Shown here: piece by piece, positions 9,635-17,608 of the stretch | How the letters are laid out: each line of letters begins with the position of its first letter | Numbering within the stretch: position 1 is the first letter of the stretch | Assembly: GCA_021831785.1 (NCBI GenBank) | Contig: JAKBMB010000021.1 | Coordinates: 8,633-72,632, forward strand | Direction: 5' to 3' | Origin: Deltaproteobacteria bacterium | GTDB lineage: Bacteria; Desulfobacterota; Binatia; Binatales; Binataceae | DNA: 64,000 nt | Notes under the pieces: generated by a model | Databases searched by the model: none | What the model was told of the DNA's origin: nothing | What the model saw: only the letters and a program-made list of their open reading frames with translations | Position numbers and translations under genes: made by a program

Positions 9635-10252
9635 TCAACGCCGCGGCCGCCCCTTGGGCCTTACCAGACCCATGTTCCTCTTTGTAATCGAAGGTCTGCG
9701 CGAAGGCAGCAAGACCGCGGTGCGCTGGACGCGCGGTCTGCAAGCCTTAGCAGCCCGTGGAACCATCTCGCCGTTTATATAGAGAAAAACCGTCCAGAAG
9801 CTGCGCGACCACGGCATCGCGGCAACCGTGATTCCAGTCGTCGCCAGGGTCGGGATCAAAACCTGGGCCGTCTCGGAAGCGCTCAGCAGGGCGAGCGGTA
9901 TCCACGAGACCATCGCGACGACCACCGCTACAGTGTAACCGATCATGATCGGCCCCAGGTACTCGCCGTCGTTGCGCCAGAAGATGGAACCGCAAACCGG
10001 ACAGGCCGAATTCATATCGAAGTAGGAACTGAACATCCTGCCCCAGCCGCAGATAGGACATCTTCTCTTCAAGGCGCGCCGAATCAAAAGTCTTCCCGAG
10101 GGCCGCTCGGGCAGAGGATTATCGGACGTGTCCACGTCGGCCGGGTCGCCCCACGCCATCGCGACCAGCACCACAAGGCTGAGCACCACCAGGACGCCGA
10201 TACCGCCGGCGCCGGCGATTATAGAGATCGCGATCTGCTGGCCGGTGTCCAT
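9635..10252 (-). CDS. DUF983-like zinc-ribbon membrane protein
   Basis: RRCPICGWGRMFSSYFDMNSACPVCG (CPxCG...CPxCG) followed by two hydrophobic helices, plus an N-terminal TM segment. Confidence 0.6.
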   Translation of the reverse strand: MDTGQQIAISIIAGAGGIGVLVVLSLVVLVAMAWGDPADVDTSDNPLPERPSGRLLIRRALKRRCPICGWGRMFSSYFDMNSACPVCGSIFWRNDGEYLGPIMIGYTVAVVVAMVSWIPLALLSASETAQVLIPTLATTGITVAAMPWSRSFWTVFLYINGEMVPRAAKACRPRVQRTAVLLPSRRPSITKRNMGLVRPKGRPRR

Positions 10253-10495
10253 GCGGGCAACGAAGTCAGTCTATCGCCGTTCGCGTTCCGGTTTACGCCC
10301 GGGGACTTTCCGAACGCCAGCGCCCGGAGCCATTTTTCTTCGAACACCGCGCACGACCTCTCCGCGTCGCAGCGACGCGGTGCATTCTGATCAATCTATC
10401 CTCGCCCCTGCCGAGCTTGCCCCGACCGTATAAAACCGGCCGCTGAATTGCCCCCGCCTAAGGCGAAGCCCGCCAAAATACGTACGCAGCGGCGC

Positions 10496-11308
10496 TCAGC
10501 GCAGACGGAACTCCTCGCCGAGGAAGACTTGACGAACCTCGCGGCTCTCCACGACCTCCTCGGGCGTGCCTTCGATGAGTATTTTGCCCTGGTGGATAAC
10601 GTACGCTCGATTGATAATCGAAAGCGCCTCGTGGACGTTATGGTCGGACATGAGCACGCCGATGCCGCGGCTTTGAAGATAGCTAATCAAGCGCTTGATC
10701 TCGATCACCGTGATCGGATCGATTCCGGCAAAAGGTTCGTCCAGACAGAGGAAAAACGGCTCGAGCACTAGCGCCCTCGCAATTTCGACCCGCCGCCGCT
10801 CACCTCCCGAGAGAACCGCCGCCTTGGCGTCGGCAAGATGCGCCACGCCAAGCTCGTCCAACAACGACTGCAGGCGCGCCTGGCGCTCTTGCTTGCTGAT
10901 GGGTAGGGTTTCGAGCACCGCCAGAAGATTCTGCCTGACCGTGAGCTTGCGAAACACCGAAGGCTCCTGCGGTAGATAGCTTATCCCTCTGCGCGCGCGC
11001 TGGTACATCGGCAACCCGGTGATTTCCTCATCCCCGAGAAAAATTTTTCCCGAGTCAGGCTTGATCAGGCCGGCCACCATGTAAAAGGTCGTCGTTTTGC
11101 CCGCGCCATTCGGACCCAATAGGGCGACGACTTCTCCGCCGCTGGCCGTCACGGTAACCCGGCTGACCACCTGGCGACCGCCATAGCTTTTTACCACGTC
11201 CAGCGCGCACAGGGATTTAACCGCCGGGCTGGCGTCGACGCCGTCCCGACGCTCGTGGGCATCCTTAAGTCTAACGACTGTGCCGTCGGTAGCGCGCACG
11301 CCTGGCAC
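10496..11308 (-). CDS. lptB: LPS export ABC transporter ATP-binding protein LptB
   Basis: Walker A GPNGAGKTTTFYM; the LptB-typical GISYLPQEPSVFRKLTVRQNLLAVLE; signature LSGGERRRVEIARAL. The true start may lie ~25-30 codons downstream of the ORF start. Confidence 0.85.
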   Translation of the reverse strand: MPGVRATDGTVVRLKDAHERRDGVDASPAVKSLCALDVVKSYGGRQVVSRVTVTASGGEVVALLGPNGAGKTTTFYMVAGLIKPDSGKIFLGDEEITGLPMYQRARRGISYLPQEPSVFRKLTVRQNLLAVLETLPISKQERQARLQSLLDELGVAHLADAKAAVLSGGERRRVEIARALVLEPFFLCLDEPFAGIDPITVIEIKRLISYLQSRGIGVLMSDHNVHEALSIINRAYVIHQGKILIEGTPEEVVESREVRQVFLGEEFRLR

Positions 11309-11407
11309 AAAGCTCCTGACGCTAAAAACCTGTCACAAAGCGCGTCTTTGTTGAATTCTTCCGGGTCACGCCGGCGCGCGAGTCACGCCAGCGCTGTTCC
11401 GCGTCGC

Positions 11408-13015
11408 TCAAGCGCCGACCGCGGCCCCGTCGCTGCGCGGGTCAGAAACAGCCTCACACTCCTTGTCGGACCCGATTCGGATCAGCCCGGCATGACCCAT
11501 CATGCGGCAGTACGGGGCAACCCATTCCGTCCGATGGCCCAGCTTCTCCAGTTGCTGGCGGACCTCCTCGGAGAAACGCCTTTCCAGCTTAAGCGTGACC
11601 GACTCCGAGCCCCAGGTTCGGCCTAGAAGCCATCGAGGCGCGTCGATAGCTTCGGCCAAGGATAAGCCGAAATCGCGCACGCGCGTGACCAAAGCGGCTT
11701 GGGTCTGAGGCTGTCCCTCGCCGCCCATCGTACCGTAAACCAAGTGCAGGCGATTGTCCAAAAAAACCATCGCCGGGTTCAGCGTGTGGAGCGTGCGTTT
11801 GCCTGCGGCGATACAGTTGACATGCCTGCGATCGAGCGAAAATGCGCACCCTCGGTTCTGCCAGAGTATGCCGGTGTCACCGACCACAACCGCACTGCCA
11901 AACGGGTGGTAGATGCTCTGAATCGCGCTGACCGCCCGGCCGGAACTGTCGACCGCGCCGTACCACACGGTGTCGCTCTCCGCAACGGGCGGCGGGTACG
12001 GACGCGCACGATTCGGGTCGATCCGGGCGACAAGCGAATCGAGAAAAGCCGGCGCCAACAGTTCGTCGACCGGGACCTGGCTGAAATCCGGATCGGTAAC
12101 GTAGCGGTCCCGCACCTCGAAGGCGAGCTTGGTCGCCTCGACGACCTCATGGATGTACGCCGCGGCGAGATGCCCGAAGCGCGCGAAGTCGCGGCGCTCA
12201 AGTAAGCCCAGAATTACCAGCGAGGCAAGACCTTGAGTCGGTGGCGGCATGTTGACCACCGTTGCGCCGCGGTAAGGGCAGCTTATCGGCTCGACCCAGC
12301 GCGCGCGGTACGCTTTCAAGTCAACGGCTGACAACAGACTTCCTGCCGCGCTGAGGCCGCGCGCAATTCGCGCGGCTAGCGGACCGCGATAAAATGATTC
12401 TCCGCCTTCGCTCTGAAGCTGGCTTAGCGTACGGGCCAGGGCGGGCTGAACGAAGGGCACGCCGGGTTGCACCTCCGGCAAGGGCGCCAAAAAAGCCTCG
12501 GCGAAGCCCGGCCGGGTCTCGATTTCGCTACGCCGCTCGCGCAGAACTTCGCAATGGTCCTCGCTAAGCGGGAAACCGCGCGCGGCATAGTTGACGGCGT
12601 CCTCCAACAAATCTCCCCATGAGAGGCGGCCCTTCCACTGCGCGCAGCTATGCTCGTAAGCGCTTTGCCACAAGCCGACGATCCCCGCCACCGTATTGGC
12701 GGCCAACGGTCCGCGCTCAGGAATTTTTTCAAGGCCCTGACGCAGGTACGTATGGATTGAATAGTCGCGGCCCGCCGCGCCCGCGCCATCAAGCCCGCGC
12801 ACGCAACCCGCCTCGTCGGCTATCAGCCAAAAGCCGTCGCCCCCGATGCTGTTCATATGAGGATAGACGACCGCCAGCGTTGCGGCCGTAGCGAGCGCCG
12901 CCTCGATCGCATTGCCGCCTCGACGCAGGACCTTGGCCCCCGACTCGCTCGCCAGGCTATGGGGCGAGGTGACGACGCCGCCTCGCGACCGGGCTCTCTG
13001 ACCGCTTCTCACCAT
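11408..13015 (-). CDS. ggt: gamma-glutamyltransferase family protein (no signal peptide seen)
   Basis: VVTSPHSLASESGAKVLRRGGNAIEAALATAATLAVVYPHMNSIGGDGFWLI and ...DTVWYGAVDSSGRAVSAIQSIY.PFGS are typical GGT blocks. Confidence 0.85.
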   Translation of the reverse strand: MVRSGQRARSRGGVVTSPHSLASESGAKVLRRGGNAIEAALATAATLAVVYPHMNSIGGDGFWLIADEAGCVRGLDGAGAAGRDYSIHTYLRQGLEKIPERGPLAANTVAGIVGLWQSAYEHSCAQWKGRLSWGDLLEDAVNYAARGFPLSEDHCEVLRERRSEIETRPGFAEAFLAPLPEVQPGVPFVQPALARTLSQLQSEGGESFYRGPLAARIARGLSAAGSLLSAVDLKAYRARWVEPISCPYRGATVVNMPPPTQGLASLVILGLLERRDFARFGHLAAAYIHEVVEATKLAFEVRDRYVTDPDFSQVPVDELLAPAFLDSLVARIDPNRARPYPPPVAESDTVWYGAVDSSGRAVSAIQSIYHPFGSAVVVGDTGILWQNRGCAFSLDRRHVNCIAAGKRTLHTLNPAMVFLDNRLHLVYGTMGGEGQPQTQAALVTRVRDFGLSLAEAIDAPRWLLGRTWGSESVTLKLERRFSEEVRQQLEKLGHRTEWVAPYCRMMGHAGLIRIGSDKECEAVSDPRSDGAAVGA

Positions 13016-13365
13016 GAGCTCCTTTTGCCGCTAAATCCCGCGTGACAGAAAAACGCTTTCGCGGCGCCCTGTTGTTCGGCCGCGAGCGGCGGCACCGGGC
13101 CGCCCGAGATCCATCTTCCGGTATCATAACCCGTGCCTCACGCGCGTTGCCACCGTGCCAAGTGCGACGCACTACCGGAAACTGCCTCGCCATTAGGGTT
13201 GCATCTTAGGCCAGCAGTTTGGCGACCGAATCGAGTAACGCGTTCGCGACCTTTTTGGTCGAGACGCTTTAACCAGTTATCGTGCCGTAGACGTCCATTG
13301 TCTACCTGATATCAGACGCCTCCGAGTACCCGCGAGACGCAGGCCGCCCCCTCCCAAAAACCACC

Positions 13366-14478
13366 ATGTTTAGCGATACGAGGCGTTGGAATGCTAAAGT
13401 TCCAGGCGTGAGCCATGAAAACCTAGCGACGATACGCGCGGTCGGTCGCGCCTTCCCGCCTAACTATATGCCGCAGCAAGTCGCGATCGACAATCTGCGC
13501 CAACATTGGTCGGCGCAAAGCGGGGCTGCGCGCCGGCTCTTACGTCTGCTAGAAACCTCGGGCGTACAAGGACGTTACCTTGCGCTTACGATCCCCGAAT
13601 ACCGCGAGCTCGACTCGTTCGCCAAAGCGAATCAAGCCTGGTTGCGGATCGCCGCCGAGCTGGCCGAGGCCGCGGCGCGCAACGCGCTGGCATGCACCTC
13701 GCTTAGGCCGCACGATATCGACCATATCTTTTTCGTCACCGGCACGGGGATAGCGACGCCGAGTTTAGACGCGCCCCTGATCAATAGGATGCGGATGCGC
13801 GCGGACGTTAAACGGACGCCGATCTTCGGCCTGGGCTGCGCCGGCGGGGCGGGCGCGGTGGCTCGCGCAGCCGATTATTTGCGGGCTTTTCCGCGGCACG
13901 TCGCCCTGGTGATATCGGTCGAGCTCTGCTCGTTGACGCTCCAGCGCGACGACACTTCGCCTGCGAACCTGATCGCTTCGACCTTGTTCGGCGACGGCGC
14001 CGCTTGCGTGGTGCTGTGCGGAAGCGAAGCGCCGGAGGCGGGCGATGTGTGCGTGGTCGATTCGCGTTCAACTTTTTATCACGATACCGAGCGCGTGATG
14101 GGATGGGACATAGTTGACTCCGGCTTCAAGATAGTAATGTCGTCGGAGATACCGAATCTGGTCCGCGCGAACCTGGCCAGCGAGGTTAACGCCTTTCTCA
14201 AGCGCCATGGGCTCGAACGCCGCTCGGTGCGCCACTGGATCCTGCACACCGGCGGGCCGCGGGTGCTCGAAGCCGTCGGCCAGGCGCTCGAGCTCGACAC
14301 ACAAACGCTGGAGCGGTCTTGGCGGCTGCTGGCCAAGGTCGGAAACGTTTCTTCAGCCTCCGTGCTGCTGGTCTTGGCCAGCCTGCTCGAATCCGGCGAA
14401 GCCCGCCCCGGCGATTACGGACTTATGATCGCGATGGGGCCGGGCTTTTGCGCTGAACTCGCCCTGCTTCGATGGTGA
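13366..14478 (+). CDS. type III polyketide synthase (chalcone/stilbene synthase superfamily)
   Basis: Catalytic Cys context FGLGCAGGAGAVARAADYL, His context WILHTGGPRVLE, Asn context GNVSSASVL and C-terminal GPGF. Confidence 0.85.
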   Translation: MFSDTRRWNAKVPGVSHENLATIRAVGRAFPPNYMPQQVAIDNLRQHWSAQSGAARRLLRLLETSGVQGRYLALTIPEYRELDSFAKANQAWLRIAAELAEAAARNALACTSLRPHDIDHIFFVTGTGIATPSLDAPLINRMRMRADVKRTPIFGLGCAGGAGAVARAADYLRAFPRHVALVISVELCSLTLQRDDTSPANLIASTLFGDGAACVVLCGSEAPEAGDVCVVDSRSTFYHDTERVMGWDIVDSGFKIVMSSEIPNLVRANLASEVNAFLKRHGLERRSVRHWILHTGGPRVLEAVGQALELDTQTLERSWRLLAKVGNVSSASVLLVLASLLESGEARPGDYGLMIAMGPGFCAELALLRW

Positions 14479-15101
14479 TTCAGCTTGACGCATACCTGGC
14501 CGTTGTGGCGGCCGTGGGGCTCGAACGAGGATTTGAACTTGCGCTCTCCCGCGCTCACGCCCGACGCGCCCTGAGACAAGGCGCGGTTGAAACCGGCCGC
14601 GTGCTTTACAGCGTGATGGCGGCGTTTCACGCCCTGTTTCTGCTGAGCGCCGCGGGCGAGGCGCTCGCTTTCGGGCGCGGCGTGGGAGACCCCGTCGCTC
14701 TCATCGCTATCGGCGCCACGATCGTCGGGCAAGCGCTGCGCTACTGGGCCGTGATTACGCTCGGCGCGCGCTGGAACACGCGGGTAATCGTGATGGCGGG
14801 GGCGGCGCCGGTGACCAGTGGCCCATACCGCTTCGTGCGTCATCCGAACTACCTGGCCGTGATAATCGAGATGATATCGGTGCCGATGATCTACGGCTGC
14901 TGGCGCACTGCGCTAATTTTCTCCTGCGGGAACACGGTTTTGCTGGCGCTTCGAATCTCGCGCGAGGAGCGCGCGCTGGGCGACAAGTACACCGACGCCT
15001 TTGCCGGTGTACCTCGTTTGCTTCCCCATCTCGGCGCGCGACCGTTTGTACCGGCACGCACCGCGTTTGCGCGCGCCGAACGCCGCAAGAAGTTCAACTG
15101 A
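14472..15101 (+). CDS. isoprenylcysteine carboxyl methyltransferase (ICMT) family membrane methyltransferase
   Basis: Multi-TM protein with the GPYRFVRHPNYLAVIIEMISVP motif. Its ATG overlaps the PKS stop (ATGGTGA). Confidence 0.8.
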   Translation: MVIQLDAYLAVVAAVGLERGFELALSRAHARRALRQGAVETGRVLYSVMAAFHALFLLSAAGEALAFGRGVGDPVALIAIGATIVGQALRYWAVITLGARWNTRVIVMAGAAPVTSGPYRFVRHPNYLAVIIEMISVPMIYGCWRTALIFSCGNTVLLALRISREERALGDKYTDAFAGVPRLLPHLGARPFVPARTAFARAERRKKFN

Positions 15102-15249
15102 AACTATCTTGACGCCTCACGCTCGCGCGGATTGATCGAGGGCTACAGGGACAGGCTCAGGCGAGGGGGCCCATCCAGGCCGGTTTGCACGCCCATTTAA
15201 TACACTTGACCGCATATGCTTTTAAGAGCATCCTAGAGGACAAGACTTG

Positions 15250-15609
15250 ATGGTGACGGTCGAGGTTGAGGCGACCGAGGAGTTTGAGGCCTGGTTTTTG
15301 GCACTGGCTGAGAAAGAGGCTGAGGCGGTTGCCCACGTGGTTGGCCTTTTAGAAGAAAAGGGCGTGGCGCTCGGCTTCCCGTACAGCAGCGAGATTAAGG
15401 GCTCGCAGGCGCTACGCGAGCTTAGAGTTCAATCGAGTGGGCATCCATTGCGCGTATTTTATGCCTTTGATCCGCGGCGCCGGGCGGTGCTGCTCCTGGG
15501 CGGCAACAAAACTGGCGATGACCGCTTATACGACACGTTTGTGCCGCGCGCGGAGCAGATATGGGCCGACTATCTGGCCGACCTAGAGAAAGAGGAGAAG
15601 CGGAAATGA
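15250..15609 (+). CDS. type II toxin, RelE/HigB (Gp49-like) family
   Basis: ~119 aa: ...FEAWFLALAEKEAEAV...GFPYSSEIKGSQALRELRVQSSGHPLRVFYAFDPRRRAVLLLGGNKTGDD, typical of HigB/Gp49-like toxins. A 4-bp ATGA overlap joins it to the following HTH gene. Confidence 0.75.
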   Translation: MVTVEVEATEEFEAWFLALAEKEAEAVAHVVGLLEEKGVALGFPYSSEIKGSQALRELRVQSSGHPLRVFYAFDPRRRAVLLLGGNKTGDDRLYDTFVPRAEQIWADYLADLEKEEKRK

Positions 15610-15911
15610 AGACCAAGCCGTGGCGTGACATCCGGGCACGGAAGTTCTCGCCGGAGAAGCAGCAACAGATCGACCGCGGCGTAGAGGACGAACTGCTCGA
15701 AATGGACCTAAGGGAACTGCGTGAGGCTGCGGGCAAGACGCAGGAGGAGTTGGCGAGCGCACTGAAGAAGGCACAGTCGGAGATATCGCGGTTTGAAAGC
15801 CGTTCGGACTACCGACTTTCCACATTGCAACGTTACGTTGCTGCCCTCGGCGGCGAGCTGGAGGTCGTCGCCAGTTTCGGCAATCGGCGCGTTCGGCTGC
15901 GCGCGGCTTAA
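15606..15911 (+). CDS. XRE-family HTH antitoxin (HigA-like)
   Basis: LRELREAAGKTQEELASALKKAQSEISRFESRSDYRLSTLQRYVAALGGEL is an XRE HTH. Its position is that of a toxin-first HigBA module. Confidence 0.8.
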   Translation: MKTKPWRDIRARKFSPEKQQQIDRGVEDELLEMDLRELREAAGKTQEELASALKKAQSEISRFESRSDYRLSTLQRYVAALGGELEVVASFGNRRVRLRAA

Positions 15912-16109
15912 GATGAAGGGCAAGCTCCCGCCGAATTGGTTTGATGGCTATAGCGTCGCGTCGTCGAGCGCGCCGCGCGCTCACACCGAAATCGCTAATC
16001 ATCCGTTCATCCTTGAGTTCCCAATAAGGGCGAGCGACTTTTGCCGGGTACCAATCACCGGCGGTGAAAGGGGTGTCTGCGCTACCGCGCTGTCGCCAGA
16101 ACACATACG

Positions 16110-16388
16110 TCAGCTTTGGGGCCATTTTTGAGCGCCGTGGAGGACGCGAAGAATCTCCACATTTTCGGCTCTCGCGCGATAGGCGAGCATGTAAGGCGTG
16201 CCCGTGACGGCAAGCTCACGGGTATTTGATACCCGGCCAGGGCGCCCGGCCGCGGCGTAGTTAGCCGGGAGCTTTGCAGCGTCGCGGACCCGTTGCGCTA
16301 CATCGGCGGCGGCGGGGTTATCGCCGGCGATATGGGTCCTCGCGGCCTTGAGGTCTTCGACCGCTTCGTCAAGCCACCTGACTCTCAC
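16110..16388 (-). CDS. type II toxin, ParE/RelE family
   Basis: VRVRWLDEAVEDLKAARTHIAGDNPAAA...TRELAVTGTPYMLAYRARAENVEILRVLHGAQKWP. The GTG at 16388 overlaps the antitoxin stop (GTGA). Confidence 0.8.
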   Translation of the reverse strand: MRVRWLDEAVEDLKAARTHIAGDNPAAADVAQRVRDAAKLPANYAAAGRPGRVSNTRELAVTGTPYMLAYRARAENVEILRVLHGAQKWPQS

Positions 16389-16669
16389 AGCGGGGGCTTG
16401 CGCTCTTCGGCAATGCCCCAACTTGCGAGCCAGGCGTCGACCTCTTCATGGCTGACGAAGCGGGCGTCGCGCCGGTTCGCTCTGTTAAGCGCGTCGCGGA
16501 TCGCTTTGGTCTGCCACGCGTTTAGAGCGACGTACGTCTTCACGGCTTGGGCAGCAAGCCAAGCCTTGGAACGTTCGGTCGCCCGGGCAAGCTCATCGAG
16601 CCGCGCAAGCGTGTCGACGTCGAGCCGCAACGTCATAGTCTTGGACACTGAAGCTTTCCGTGCTTTCAC
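16385..16669 (-). CDS. ribbon-helix-helix (CopG/ParD-like) antitoxin
   Basis: MTLRLDVDTLARLDELARATERSKAWLAAQAVKTYV is an RHH motif. Lies upstream of, and overlaps, the ParE-like toxin. Confidence 0.75.
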   Translation of the reverse strand: MKARKASVSKTMTLRLDVDTLARLDELARATERSKAWLAAQAVKTYVALNAWQTKAIRDALNRANRRDARFVSHEEVDAWLASWGIAEERKPPL

Positions 16670-16860
16670 GTGTTTATCTTAACAAAAAGAAACACAGATA
16701 CCTTGCGCGCTGCTCGCGAGTTTCGCCGCCATCCTCCGTTTTTATCTCCCATACTGTTCCTAATCCTAGTTTGCTGTCCCGCAAATAAGTTGCTTAACTG
16801 GCGGGAGCCTTAGCTGGGGTGATGCTGGCCGCAGCGCAGAGCCCGCCCTGCGGCTGCCGA

Positions 16861-17160
16861 AGGAATAGCCGCGATGCTTTTTTCTGGTCATCCTGAGCGC
16901 CCCTGCGCTGTGATGCTGGACCCCTGCTTTGTCATGCTTCACTCCGGCAGCCTGCGCTCAGAGCCTGTGAATTTTTAGCCCTGAAACAAAAATCAATCTT
17001 AGTAGGGCGGGCCGCCGTGCCCGCCCCACTACTCAAAAATTCACAAACGCTCAGCATGACAAAAGAAAGAGGGTGCTCAGGATGACCAAGGGAGGCGCTA
17101 GGAATGACCAACGAGGCGCGGCGCGCCGGAATGACCAAGAGAGCGCGCAGAATGACGACC
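16861..17160. repeat. REP-like repeat cluster (GTCATyC / GAATGAC units) enclosing a ~130-bp palindromic, MITE-like unit (16931-17060)
   Basis: Units: ggtcatcctgagcg (16886), gtcatgc (16931), gcatgac (to 17060), caggatgacc (17078-17087), ggaatgacc (17101 and 17128), agaatgacg (17149). Inverted arms gtcatgc...ctgtgaattttta / tcaaaaattcaca...gcatgac surround a GC hairpin agtagggcgggc..gcccgcccc.actact. Confidence 0.65.
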
Positions 17161-17608
17161 GCGCAAGCGGCGTGCGGATGTGCGCAAATTGTGCAAGCTA
17201 TTTGTGGGACGCCATACTAGACGGAAGGGGAGGACCAGCGATCGGCGGACCCGGTGCCCAAGGAGCCCGTACTTGCGAACGATGACGAGGTGGCGGTGAC
17301 GCCACCGTCGCTCATACGAGCCGGTGTCGACGCGCTGCCAGCCGCGGTCGCTGCGGCCCCCGCGCCCGGCAAGGCTGCAATCCAACGCGTGGCCATAAGC
17401 AGAAGCTAACGCAAGACGCATTTTGCCCAGTGTGCTAAGCTTCTTGCCGTCCGAGGAGTGCCGGTTCGGCGGGGGTCTTTGCCGGCTTCTAGCGGGGCGT
17501 TACGCGTCACAAAGATGAATGGTTAGTGCGCTGAAGCGCCGCCACGGGCAGTAGCTTGTTCGCACGATCGCCGGCAAACGGGAGCGGTGCGAAAGATCGC
17601 ATGTAACA

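Noticed and set aside
10448-10771. 107-aa plus-strand ORF overlapping the 3' end of lptB
   Set aside because: It is antisense to the well-supported lptB coding sequence.
15583-16125. 180-aa minus-strand ORF
   Set aside because: Most of it is antisense to the XRE antitoxin gene. Only its first ~60 codons (15920-16125) lie in intergenic DNA, and they have no recognisable similarity.
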